This document shows positions 11,237 through 19,966 of a stretch of 64,000 bases of DNA, one piece after another; positions within the stretch are counted from its first letter, which is position 1; each line of letters opens with the position of its first letter. Under the pieces are notes generated by a model. The model was not told where the DNA came from, searched no databases, and was given only the letters and a program-made list of their open reading frames with translations. This stretch comes from Verrucomicrobiota bacterium (GTDB lineage: Bacteria > Verrucomicrobiota > Verrucomicrobiia > Limisphaerales > UBA8199): positions 629 through 64,628 of the forward strand of contig DAOPPX010000009.1 of the NCBI GenBank assembly GCA_035358715.1. Reading direction: 5' to 3'. Position numbers and translations under genes: made by a program.

Positions 11237-12586
11237 CTAATAAGAGGCTGTCACCCCAATGTAAACCCGGTTCCTGTCATAATGGTATTTCGTTGTACCG
11301 AACACGTCGCCGGAGTACTCGTTGTCTGAAAGGTCGTAATTGTAGCCTATTTCCGCGGAGAAGTTCGGAGTGAACCGATACTGCAGATTCAGGCCAACCA
11401 AGTAATACTGAGAGTCTCGATTGTCATATGTCCCCCCGTAATAGGTGACGTTCACAAACTCCGCATTGACATTGCCGTAGAGCTTCGGGGTGATGCGGTG
11501 CTGCAATGCTACAAACACATCGAAAGTCTGTCCGTTCAGCGTGATATCACCAGCCTCAATCGGACTCCACGTGTAGGTCGAGCTGTAATCGTAAGTAGCC
11601 CCAAACCGCAAATAGCTTTCTGGCAGATAGGTGTATTGCAGACTTGCTGTTACGTAAGGGCTCCAGTCGTCCTGGCTGGCGGGATTGTTATAGTACTCGG
11701 TGTAGCGGGCCCCCACCTGGAGCGCGCCGGTCAGATCCGGCCGGAAATTATGCGTGAGCCCAGCGTAAGCATAGTGTGATCGGGCATTCCGCATCTTGCT
11801 CTTGATGGCGGCATTTCTGGAAACATCATACCCAATGACTTGGTCTCCGATGTAATCTGTCTGCCTGAATTGGTAGCCTAGGATACCAATCGTCTGGGGC
11901 ATTATCTGATAGCGGCCCTCTATGTGCGCCCGGTGGTCCAACTGGTCGAGCAGGCCGGAATAGCTCGGCCATAGAAGGTTCTGAGGATTGGTGCCCAAGC
12001 CGTTATACATCGGGTCGTCATCAGCGTAGGAGTAAAACGTATTGGCGTAGCCTACCTCTACCCCGAATTTCGGAGTCAACTGCGCCAGCAAATTTATCTC
12101 GCCATAATTACGAAGGTTGTCCCCCGAAACGCGCCGGAAGGTGGGGAAGGAATTCCCGTACCTCAGTATATCGGGCTCCTGGCCGATTACAAAGGAGTCT
12201 CTGATGCTCAGTTGGTACCGCTCGCTGAACGCGTGGGTGAGACCGAAGTTAAAGTCATGGGTTTGATCATAGTTGTCATCCTCGTTCCACAGCTTGTGCT
12301 CGTAATACTTAAGGGAATACACATAGCCGAAGCTCAGGCTGGTCTGGTCCATCGGGAGACTGACCTGAAAGGATGGACTAACTTCGAATCCGGAATTGCT
12401 TCGCTTATAACCGGGGGTAGAGTAGTTATTGGGGATGCCGCTTGGGTTATCATCATAGAATCCGCGGAGCGTCGCTGAGACGCTCCAAGGCTTGCCGGTT
12501 TCTGTCGTTAAGCCCGGCATCACTCCCGCCTGAATGCTAGAGGCACCAACGGCAACCAAACCAATGGAGGCAACGATTCGTTTCAT
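11237..12586 (-). CDS. Outer-membrane beta-barrel protein, first gene of the export operon
   Basis: Signal peptide 'MKRIVASIGLVAVGASSIQAG'. Y/G/N/S-rich alternating strand pattern throughout. C-terminal '...RVYIGVTASY' aromatic terminus typical of OMPs. Visibly the most AT-rich gene of the window. Confidence 0.7.
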   Translation of the reverse strand: MKRIVASIGLVAVGASSIQAGVMPGLTTETGKPWSVSATLRGFYDDNPSGIPNNYSTPGYKRSNSGFEVSPSFQVSLPMDQTSLSFGYVYSLKYYEHKLWNEDDNYDQTHDFNFGLTHAFSERYQLSIRDSFVIGQEPDILRYGNSFPTFRRVSGDNLRNYGEINLLAQLTPKFGVEVGYANTFYSYADDDPMYNGLGTNPQNLLWPSYSGLLDQLDHRAHIEGRYQIMPQTIGILGYQFRQTDYIGDQVIGYDVSRNAAIKSKMRNARSHYAYAGLTHNFRPDLTGALQVGARYTEYYNNPASQDDWSPYVTASLQYTYLPESYLRFGATYDYSSTYTWSPIEAGDITLNGQTFDVFVALQHRITPKLYGNVNAEFVNVTYYGGTYDNRDSQYYLVGLNLQYRFTPNFSAEIGYNYDLSDNEYSGDVFGTTKYHYDRNRVYIGVTASY

Positions 12587-12740
12587 AGAATTATTTCAGC
12601 GTTTTTACACCCAAAGTTAAACAATGCCAACAGCTAACTCACACTTTTTTACTCCAATACCCGAAGCACTGTCAAATAAATCTTATAACTTTTTCCGCCT
12701 GCGAAATTCGCCGCCACCAGCCTGTCCTGCTCACCAGCAA
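12587..12740. promoter_or_regulatory. AT-rich region upstream of the export operon, candidate promoter
   Basis: This is the only strongly AT-rich non-coding stretch in the window and lies directly upstream of the beta-barrel gene. A TTGACA hexamer on the minus strand sits at 12670-12675. No convincing -10 element was identified by eye. Confidence 0.3.
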
Positions 12741-13184
12741 TATGCCTCCAGCCGGACATCACAAAGCGTGCCCGTGGCCGCTCAAGCGAAACGCGGGTAG
12801 TCACACTATTGACTGGTTTCGCCCGTATTTGTTCAAACTTGTCTTATCCCCCAGCCACTGGGAGGGTGAGGAGGCCAGCCTTGAACAACCCCTGTTGAAC
12901 AACTCCTGTTTGACTGTGGCGGCTTCTTGCGCATCATTCCCCAATGCCAGTTCCCGCGTCGCCCAAAATCGCCGTGCCTGCGCCATACAATTGGCGCACG
13001 GCGGACGAAGACGAAATCAACCGCCACCGCACGCGGGCCGGGACGGGGCAATGCCGCGTCCCGAATACCGACCTGCGCCTTCCGGTCTCCTTCAACTTCG
13101 GTGTCCAGTCCGGTGGCGGCGTGCCTTACTCGGCCTAAGTCTGCACTGCCGAAATTGAGCAAGAGTGCAGCGCCCCCGAATCTT

Positions 13185-14963
13185 ATGAAAAAGCCCAATG
13201 CCCTCCTGTTGATTCTCCTGGCCGGCCTTGTGAGCGCCCAGGCCGACGAACTCTTCATTCGCGCCAGCCAGGTTGGCTACCGGGCGCAGGATGCGAAGCT
13301 CGCCATTGCCTTCGCCAAAGGGCCTCTGCCGGCCTCATTCACAGTGGCGGCGGCGGACACCGGCAAGGTTATGCTCGATGGCAAGACCAGGCCTCTCGCC
13401 GGCGCGACCTGGGGCCAGTTCGAGCACCACGCGGAACTGGACTTCTCGTCCTTCAAAACGCCGGGCCGCTATGTGCTGCGCCTTGGTGAGGGCCAATCGC
13501 TGCCTTTCACCATCGGCGACGCGGCCTACCGCGAGATGCCCGATCAACTGCTCGAGTTCATGCGCCAGCAGCGCTGCGGTTACAACCCCTGGTTGGATGC
13601 GGTGTGCCACCCGTTCGACGGCCGCACAGCGTACGGACCGCTCACCAACGGCACGCATCTCGACGCCAGGGGCGGCTGGCACGACGCGGCTGATCTGCTG
13701 AAGTATCTCCTCACCTCGGGCAATGCCACCGCCCAGATGCTGCTCGCCTACGAACTGGCCGGAGACCGAAAACAGTTCGCGGACAAGGTCAACGCTCTGG
13801 GCCAGCCGTTTGCGAACGGCCTCCCGGACGTGCTCGACGAGGCGCGCTGGGGGCTGGAGTGGATGCTCAAGCTGCATCCGGCACCCGACCAACTCTATCA
13901 CCAGGTGGCCGACGACCGCGATCACACCGGCCGCCGCCTGCCGCAGAACGAGATCGCCGACTACGGCTGGGGCAAGGGCGGCCCGCGGGTGGTGTATTTC
14001 GCAGATGGCCAGCCGCAGGGACTCCGCCAGTACAAGAGCGCGTCCACGGGCGTGGCGAACCTCGCCGGCCGCTACGCTGCCGCCATGAGCCTGGCATACC
14101 AGGTTTGGAAAGCTGATCCGCGCCAAAGGCCCTTCGCCGAACGCTGCCTGCAAGCCGGCAAAGAAGTGTATGAGCTGGGCCGCGCCAGGGAAGGCGTCCA
14201 GCAGGGCAATTCCTACGGCGCCCCCTATCGCTACGAGGAAACCACCTGGGCCGATGACATGGAATGGGGCGCGGCGGAGCTGTTCCGCGCCACGCGCGAA
14301 CGGCGCTACCTGCAGGAGGCAAAGCGCTACGCAAAGCTGGCAGCCTCGGAATCCTGGATGGGCAAGGAGCAGACCGGCCATTACCAGTATTTCCCCTTCA
14401 TGAACGCCGGCCACTCCAGGCTCTATGATCTGGCGGATCGGCAATTCAGGAGACTCCTCGCCGGTTACTACCGCGAGGGCATCGAGCGCTGCGTGCGCGC
14501 GGGCGAGCGGAATCCTTACCGCATCGGCGTGCCGTTCATCTGGTGCTCGGCCAACCTCACCGTCGCCCTGACCACCCAGTGCCTGCTCTTTGAGCGCATG
14601 ACCGGGGACAGGACGTATCACGACTTCGCCGCCCGGCAGCGCGACTGGCTGCTGGGGCGCAATCCCTGGGGCTACACGATGTTCACCGGCATCGGCAGCG
14701 TCTATCCCAAAGATCCGCACCTGATGACAATGCAGTTGACCGGGCGCCCGGTCCGGGGCGGGCTGGTGGACGGGCCGGTTTACGAGCGCATCTTCAAATC
14801 GCTCAAAGGCGTGTCCATCACCGAGCCCGACCCGCTGGCAGCATTCCAAGGCCCGGCCGTTTACCACGACGACGTGCAGGATTACTCCTCAAACGAGCCA
14901 ATTATGGACGGCACGGCCGGGGCCATCCTGCTTTGGACGCTGTGTAACAACTCCTGCCCGTAA
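13185..14963 (+). CDS. Glycoside hydrolase family 9 endoglucanase-like enzyme with N-terminal Ig-like domain
   Basis: Signal peptide 'MKKPNALLLILLAGLVSAQA'. GH9 signatures 'GGWHDAADLLKY', 'DDMEWGAAELFRAT' and 'DYSSNEPIMDGTAGAIL'. The ATG at 13185 is preferred to the 86-codon upstream extension. Confidence 0.85.
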   Translation: MKKPNALLLILLAGLVSAQADELFIRASQVGYRAQDAKLAIAFAKGPLPASFTVAAADTGKVMLDGKTRPLAGATWGQFEHHAELDFSSFKTPGRYVLRLGEGQSLPFTIGDAAYREMPDQLLEFMRQQRCGYNPWLDAVCHPFDGRTAYGPLTNGTHLDARGGWHDAADLLKYLLTSGNATAQMLLAYELAGDRKQFADKVNALGQPFANGLPDVLDEARWGLEWMLKLHPAPDQLYHQVADDRDHTGRRLPQNEIADYGWGKGGPRVVYFADGQPQGLRQYKSASTGVANLAGRYAAAMSLAYQVWKADPRQRPFAERCLQAGKEVYELGRAREGVQQGNSYGAPYRYEETTWADDMEWGAAELFRATRERRYLQEAKRYAKLAASESWMGKEQTGHYQYFPFMNAGHSRLYDLADRQFRRLLAGYYREGIERCVRAGERNPYRIGVPFIWCSANLTVALTTQCLLFERMTGDRTYHDFAARQRDWLLGRNPWGYTMFTGIGSVYPKDPHLMTMQLTGRPVRGGLVDGPVYERIFKSLKGVSITEPDPLAAFQGPAVYHDDVQDYSSNEPIMDGTAGAILLWTLCNNSCP

Positions 14964-15022
14964 CGTTACAAGTCCCGTCAGCCTCGCCGCCCTTACGCGG
15001 CGGTCCTGGTCCCGTCGCCCGT

Positions 15023-15089
15023 GGCTCCCACATGGCTTAATAGATTTTCTATTAAGCCATGTGGGAGCCATGTGGGAGCCATGCAGGAG
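15023..15089. repeat. Perfect 22-bp-stem hairpin (3-nt loop) whose right arm runs into 3 tandem 11-bp units
   Basis: ggctcccacatggcttaataga (15023-15044) / ttt / tctattaagccatgtgggagcc (15048-15069). Units ccatgtgggag (15057), ccatgtgggag (15068), ccatgcaggag (15079). Sits 60 nt downstream of the GH9 stop. Confidence 0.85.
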
Positions 15090-15362
15090 CTACCCTCTGG
15101 CCTGGGAAGGCTGTCTGCCTGCCGGTTACGGGTTTGCCAGATGTTTACCGCCTCCCCGATTTTCCTCCCTGTCTCCTCCCGATTGAGCGGTAGACGGCTG
15201 CGGCGCAACATGACTATTATGGGCGTCTGAATGATAACCGAGCAAACGCCCCACAGCTTCTGTTTGCCTCTAACCGGGACATTTCGCCGCAAGGCAGGAG
15301 CGCGAGCATCTTGCCCGCTTACACGGTCCCAATGGGCCAGGCGGGCTAGAAGCCCGGGCCAC

Positions 15363-15398
15363 ACGGGCAGGATGGCCGTGGCACGGGCATCCTGCCCG
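15363..15398. repeat. Short GC-rich palindromic motif CGGGCAGGATG / CATCCTGCCCG (dispersed family)
   Basis: acgggcaggatggccg (15363-15378) faces gcacgggcatcctgcccg (15381-15398). A degenerate copy 'cgagcatcttgcccg' lies near 15305. Another copy 'acggggcaggatggccg' lies at 62248-62264. Confidence 0.7.
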
Positions 15399-16562
15399 CG
15401 CTCCGGCCTGTTGGTGTCCCGGACGGGGTGGGAAGTGTTCGGGCTAACCCGTCACCATTCGCGCAATCGGCTTCGGAGCAGGCTCCAGTCTGTGGTCGCG
15501 GTGTGTTGTGCCTGTGCGGCGCTGGCGCTGGCGAGTTCAGGCAACGCCGTGGGTGCGGATGGCGGGAAGCCGGCTGCCATGACCTTCCCAGACGAGAAGT
15601 GGTCCCGAATCGAACCCAAAGAAGCCGGCTTCGTGGATGTGGCGGCGGTTGATGAAATCGGCAAGCTCATGGAGAAAGCCAAGGCCAACGGCGTGCTGAT
15701 CCGGAACGGCCGGCTGGTGGCCGAATGGGCCGGTGGCGGACCGCTGAGCAAGCAGTTCGAAGCCCAGTCCATCACCAAGAGCTTTACGTCCCTGATGCTG
15801 GGGCTGGCCCTGGATGACAAGCTCGTCCCGTCACTCGACACGCCGGTGAAGGAAGTCTTCCCGGCGTTTGAAGCGGGCAGCCATACGAAGGAAATCACCT
15901 TCCGCCACCTGGCCACGATGACTGCAGGGATCAAGCCGACCCGCTACCAGCTTCACTTCCCCAAAGAGACTGCCCCGGGCGAGTGTTTGAACTACCACGC
16001 CGATCAACCGGCGCACCTGACCCGCGCCCTGACCTATCTCTATGAGCGGCCACTCGACGAGGTATTGAAGGAGCGAATACTGGACCCGGTCGGCGCCAAG
16101 GCATCCTGGCCTTACGACAAAGCGCCATGGTCGCCGGTCGAAACCCGGACGCAGGGCAAAGTCGCGGTGAATGCCGGTTTTGCCTTTCTTCACATTAGCG
16201 CCGGGGACCTGGCCCGCGTGGGGCATCTTTACCTGAACCAAGGGAAGTGGAAGGACCGGCAGTTGATTTCGGAGAGTTATGTCGCGGAATGCTGGAAGCC
16301 AATTCCGCAAAAAGATATGCGGAAGGCACACCTGCCCGACAAATACGGCCTCTATTGGTGGCAACTGCAGCCCGGGGTCTGGTATATGTCCGGCACTTGG
16401 GGGCAATTCTGCCTGGTCTGGCCCGAGCAAGGCATCGTGATCACCAAAGTCAACAAGTCCTCCTCATCCGTGGTGGGCGTCCGCCCCGTCTTTGAGCTGC
16501 TCCGACGGGCGGCGACAGGCAAGAAGTCTATGCCGGCAGAAACTCCCAAGCCAGCCTTGTGA
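15372..16562 (+). CDS. Beta-lactamase-fold serine hydrolase (class C / PBP4*-like family)
   Basis: 'SITKSFTSLMLGLAL' is the SxxK nucleophile motif. Signal-like 'VVAVCCACAALALASSGNAVGA'. The start is uncertain: ATG 15372, or in-frame GTG at 15435 or 15492. The ORF-track start at 15231 runs through repeat DNA. Confidence 0.75.
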   Translation: MAVARASCPRSGLLVSRTGWEVFGLTRHHSRNRLRSRLQSVVAVCCACAALALASSGNAVGADGGKPAAMTFPDEKWSRIEPKEAGFVDVAAVDEIGKLMEKAKANGVLIRNGRLVAEWAGGGPLSKQFEAQSITKSFTSLMLGLALDDKLVPSLDTPVKEVFPAFEAGSHTKEITFRHLATMTAGIKPTRYQLHFPKETAPGECLNYHADQPAHLTRALTYLYERPLDEVLKERILDPVGAKASWPYDKAPWSPVETRTQGKVAVNAGFAFLHISAGDLARVGHLYLNQGKWKDRQLISESYVAECWKPIPQKDMRKAHLPDKYGLYWWQLQPGVWYMSGTWGQFCLVWPEQGIVITKVNKSSSSVVGVRPVFELLRRAATGKKSMPAETPKPAL

Positions 16563-16742
16563 GGCTCCCAACTTCCAAGCGGCTGTGGGGCGGCGTGGCG
16601 TCCCTGGCGGCTTGCGGAGCACCGGGGATGCCCTCCATACTTCCGATGCGGACGCCGAAGGCGTCGCGGCTTGAACATCCAGTTGCCGTGCCGCAGCCCC
16701 CGTTTGAGGGGCGCACGTCGTCTGCGCGCTTTGGTATTCTAT

Positions 16743-18188
16743 ATGCGACAACCGTTTGTTGATTTCGGAAGGCGGGCGTGGAACGCCGTTTCCCTCGTGG
16801 CCGTCATGACCTGGGCGTTGGGCGCAGAGGCCGCAATGGCAGGGCCCGCGCTCCGTGCCGGGGCGGCGGTGGCCGACATCTCCCCCCGAGAGTTTCCCTT
16901 CAACATGCCCGGCCTGTTTACCACCAACCTGGCCGAGAGCATGCACGATCCCCTGCACGCGCGCGCCCTGGTGCTGGCCGACGACACCACCACCCTCGCC
17001 CTGGTCGTGGTGGACCATCTGCACGTGGATCGGGATATCGCCGATGAAGCCAAGCAGCAGGCCGCCCGGGAGTCCGGCATCGCCTCGAACAAGATTTTCC
17101 TCTGTTCCACTCACACCCATACCGGGCCGCCCACCGGCGGGCCTACTGCGGCGGCCTACCGCAAGATTCTGGTCGTCGGGATCGTCAAGGCGATTGTCGG
17201 CGCGCACGGCGCGTTGCGTCCCGCGGAGCTGGCGGCCAACGCCGCGCCGCTGCCGGAGGAGGTGTTTAACCGCCGGTGGTTTCTGAAGCCGGGCAAGATG
17301 CCGCGCAATCCCTTTGGCAAGGTGGACCAGGTGAAGATGAACCCGAGCGCCGATGCGCTGGATCGGCCCGCAGGGCCGACCGATCCGGACCTGTCAATTC
17401 TCGATGTGCGCGAGGCGGCCTCGCGCCAGCCACTGGCGCTGTTTGCCAGTTACTCGCTGCATTACGTGGGACACGTGCCCAGGGCCATGGCCTCGGCGGA
17501 TTATTACGGCGAGTTTGCGCGGCTGATGCCCTCGCGGGTGAACGCCGGGAGCAACTTCGTCGCGCTGCTGGCCAACGGCACTTCGGGCAACATCAATAAC
17601 ATCCCCTTCGGCGTCGGCCGGCCACCGCGCGAACCGTTCGAGCAAATCCGGATTGTAGCCGGCAAGGCGGCGGACACGGCCTGGCGCGCGCGCTCGAACA
17701 TCACGAATTACCAGGCGGCCCCGCGGCTCGGCTTGCTCCAGCGCGAGGTGGTCCTGCACTACCGGCGACCCACGGCCGAGCAGGTCGAGTACGCGCGCAC
17801 CGTGCTGGCGACGAAGGACCCGGCGGAGCGCGCCAAGCTGCCGGCCCTGGCACAGCCCTATGCCGAACGCGTGCTCGCGCTCACGAAGCGGAGCGAGACC
17901 GTGTCGGTCCCGATCCAAGTGGTGCGGATTGGCGACCTGGCGATCTGCGGCCTTCCCTTCGAGGCCTTCGTCGAGATCGGGCTGGATTTAAAGCAGCGCA
18001 GCCCCTTCGCCCACACGATCGTGATCGGCCTGGCCAACGGCTCATACGGTTACCTGCCCACGCCGGAGCAGCACCGGCTGGGGGGCTACGAGACTTGGAT
18101 CGGCACCAGCCGCGTGCAGGAAGACGCCTCGGTGATCCTCTCCACTCACCTGCTGGAAATGCTGGCGGCGCTCGCCAAGGACGCATGA
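16743..18188 (+). CDS. Neutral/alkaline-ceramidase N-terminal-domain-like hydrolase (paralog 1 of 3)
   Basis: Signal-like 'AVSLVAVMTWALGAEA'. Family pattern: 'AAVADISP...MHDPLHARALVL...LALVVVDHLHV...IFLCSTHTHTGPP'. Confidence 0.7.
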   Translation: MRQPFVDFGRRAWNAVSLVAVMTWALGAEAAMAGPALRAGAAVADISPREFPFNMPGLFTTNLAESMHDPLHARALVLADDTTTLALVVVDHLHVDRDIADEAKQQAARESGIASNKIFLCSTHTHTGPPTGGPTAAAYRKILVVGIVKAIVGAHGALRPAELAANAAPLPEEVFNRRWFLKPGKMPRNPFGKVDQVKMNPSADALDRPAGPTDPDLSILDVREAASRQPLALFASYSLHYVGHVPRAMASADYYGEFARLMPSRVNAGSNFVALLANGTSGNINNIPFGVGRPPREPFEQIRIVAGKAADTAWRARSNITNYQAAPRLGLLQREVVLHYRRPTAEQVEYARTVLATKDPAERAKLPALAQPYAERVLALTKRSETVSVPIQVVRIGDLAICGLPFEAFVEIGLDLKQRSPFAHTIVIGLANGSYGYLPTPEQHRLGGYETWIGTSRVQEDASVILSTHLLEMLAALAKDA

Positions 18189-18309
18189 CCCCTCCCGGTG
18201 GCTTTCCCCCGGCCCGTTGGGATCGCTCGGCCCGAGACCGCCGCAGCAAGCGCGGCAATGGGTCTCCGTCCAACACCGAACCGCCATACTTGAAAACAAA
18301 GGAGGCGCC

Positions 18310-19932
18310 TTGACTCACAGGATAGACATCATTCTATTCGTTGCTTACCTGGCCGCGAACATTTTTCTGGGCCTCTGGGTGGCGCGGCGCAAGGGGAGCG
18401 GCACGCGCGGCTACTTTCTGGCCGGGGAGCGGTTGCCGTGGTATGCGATTGGCGGGTCCATCATCGCGGCCAATATCAGCACGGAACATTTCATCGGGAT
18501 GATCGGGGTGGCCTATGCGGTTGGATTCGTGGTTGCGCAATGGGAGTGGGGCGTCTGGCTAACGTATTCGCTGTTGATCTGGGTATTTCTGCCATTCTAT
18601 CTACGGGGCGGCCTCTACACGATGCCCGAGTTTTTGGAGCGGCGCTTCAATCCCACCTGCCGGTACCTTTTTGCCGTGTGTTCGCTCGTGCTCTGGATCA
18701 TCGCCCAGATGGCGGTGGTGATGCTGGCTGGAGCCAAGGCGATGCGGGGCATGTTTGGCGTGAATGAGACGGTCACCATTATCTGCCTGGCGGTCCTGGC
18801 CGGCAGCTACACGATTTATGGCGGGTTGATCTCGGTCGCGTGGACCGATTTCCTGCAGTTTGTGGTGATCATGCTCGGCGGGCTGATTGTGACCATCTTC
18901 GGTCTGCACCGCGTCGGAGGGCTGGACCAGCTCATGATGGACGCGCCCGAGAAGTTCAGGATGATCCTACCCGCCACCGACAAGGAGTTCCCGTGGGTGG
19001 GGGTGTACACGATCTCCGTATCCATCGGGATCTGGTACAACTGTACCAACCAGTTCATTGTCCAGCGCTGCCTTGGCGCGCGCAGTGAATGGGACGCGCG
19101 CATGGGCGTGATCTTTGCGGGGTATATGAAGGTCCTGTTGCCGCTGCTGGTCGTGATCCCGGGCATTGTGGCCTTCCGGCTCTTTCCGAACCTGGCCGAC
19201 AAGGACCAGGCCTTTCCGTCGCTCGTGCGCGAGTTGGTCCCGGTCGGGCTGAGCGGGATCGTGATGGCGGGGCTGGCCAGCGGCATGCTTTCCCACATCA
19301 GCTCGGTGCTCAACTCGTGCAGCACTGTGTTTACGATGGACCTTTACAAGCCGTTCCTGGGCCGCAACAAATCAGAGCAGGCGCTCGTGCGGGTGGGGCG
19401 GCTGAGCGCTTTCACCATTCTCACGGTCGCGACCTTGCTGGCCATCTGGTTCAGTTATCAGGAGCTCGGCGTCTTTGTTCTGATTCAGAATGTCGGCGCG
19501 TGGGTGGCGGCCCCGGTCGCGGCGGTCTTTCTGCTGGGCATTCTGTGGAAGCGCGCAACGGCGACCGCCGCCACCTTTGTCCTGCTGTTTGGTTTCCCCT
19601 ACACGGCATTTGTGGAGTACGTTCTATTCAAGCGCGTCGAGATCCTCATGCCCTACGACAACTGGCTCATCCGCACCCTGGTGGTGTGGCTCACCTCGAT
19701 GGTTCTGATGGTGACGGTGTCGCTGCTCACCCGCCGGCCCAAGCCGGAGCAGATCGAGGGGATTATCTGGTCGGTGGCCGCCGCCAAGCTGCCCGCCGCC
19801 GAGCGTGAGCGAAACCGCGGCCTGCGGAACTTTGCCTTGTGGTGGTTGATCTATATCGGCATTGTCGCGGCCGGGTACGGATTCATTATCTGGTTCCAGT
19901 TCTGGGGGCCGGGCTCCATTGTGAAGCCGTAG
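18310..19932 (+). CDS. Sodium:solute symporter family (SSF/SGLT-like) transporter
   Basis: Multi-TM protein with 'YFLAGERLPWYAIGGSIIAANISTEHFIGMIG', the SSF signature region. A TTG start at 18310 preceded by 'aaggagg' is preferred to the ATG at 18217, whose 31-codon leader is non-hydrophobic. Confidence 0.85.
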   Translation: MTHRIDIILFVAYLAANIFLGLWVARRKGSGTRGYFLAGERLPWYAIGGSIIAANISTEHFIGMIGVAYAVGFVVAQWEWGVWLTYSLLIWVFLPFYLRGGLYTMPEFLERRFNPTCRYLFAVCSLVLWIIAQMAVVMLAGAKAMRGMFGVNETVTIICLAVLAGSYTIYGGLISVAWTDFLQFVVIMLGGLIVTIFGLHRVGGLDQLMMDAPEKFRMILPATDKEFPWVGVYTISVSIGIWYNCTNQFIVQRCLGARSEWDARMGVIFAGYMKVLLPLLVVIPGIVAFRLFPNLADKDQAFPSLVRELVPVGLSGIVMAGLASGMLSHISSVLNSCSTVFTMDLYKPFLGRNKSEQALVRVGRLSAFTILTVATLLAIWFSYQELGVFVLIQNVGAWVAAPVAAVFLLGILWKRATATAATFVLLFGFPYTAFVEYVLFKRVEILMPYDNWLIRTLVVWLTSMVLMVTVSLLTRRPKPEQIEGIIWSVAAAKLPAAERERNRGLRNFALWWLIYIGIVAAGYGFIIWFQFWGPGSIVKP

Positions 19933-19966
19933 CCGTCTGGCACCCAGCAGCAAGAAGTAACAGCCT

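Noticed and set aside
12881-12914. Direct repeats ttgaacaac (x2, 14-nt pitch) plus tttgac upstream of GH9, as a possible ECF-type promoter or operator
   Set aside because: The repeats are short, and I could not pair them with a convincing -10 element or a nearby sigma or regulator gene. This is too weak to call.
12927-13184. Upstream extension of GH9; similar extensions exist at 22759, 26677, 44502, 45901 and 57586
   Set aside because: The extensions are low-complexity, overlap preceding genes or intergenic repeats, and each has an internal start giving a canonical N-terminus or signal peptide.
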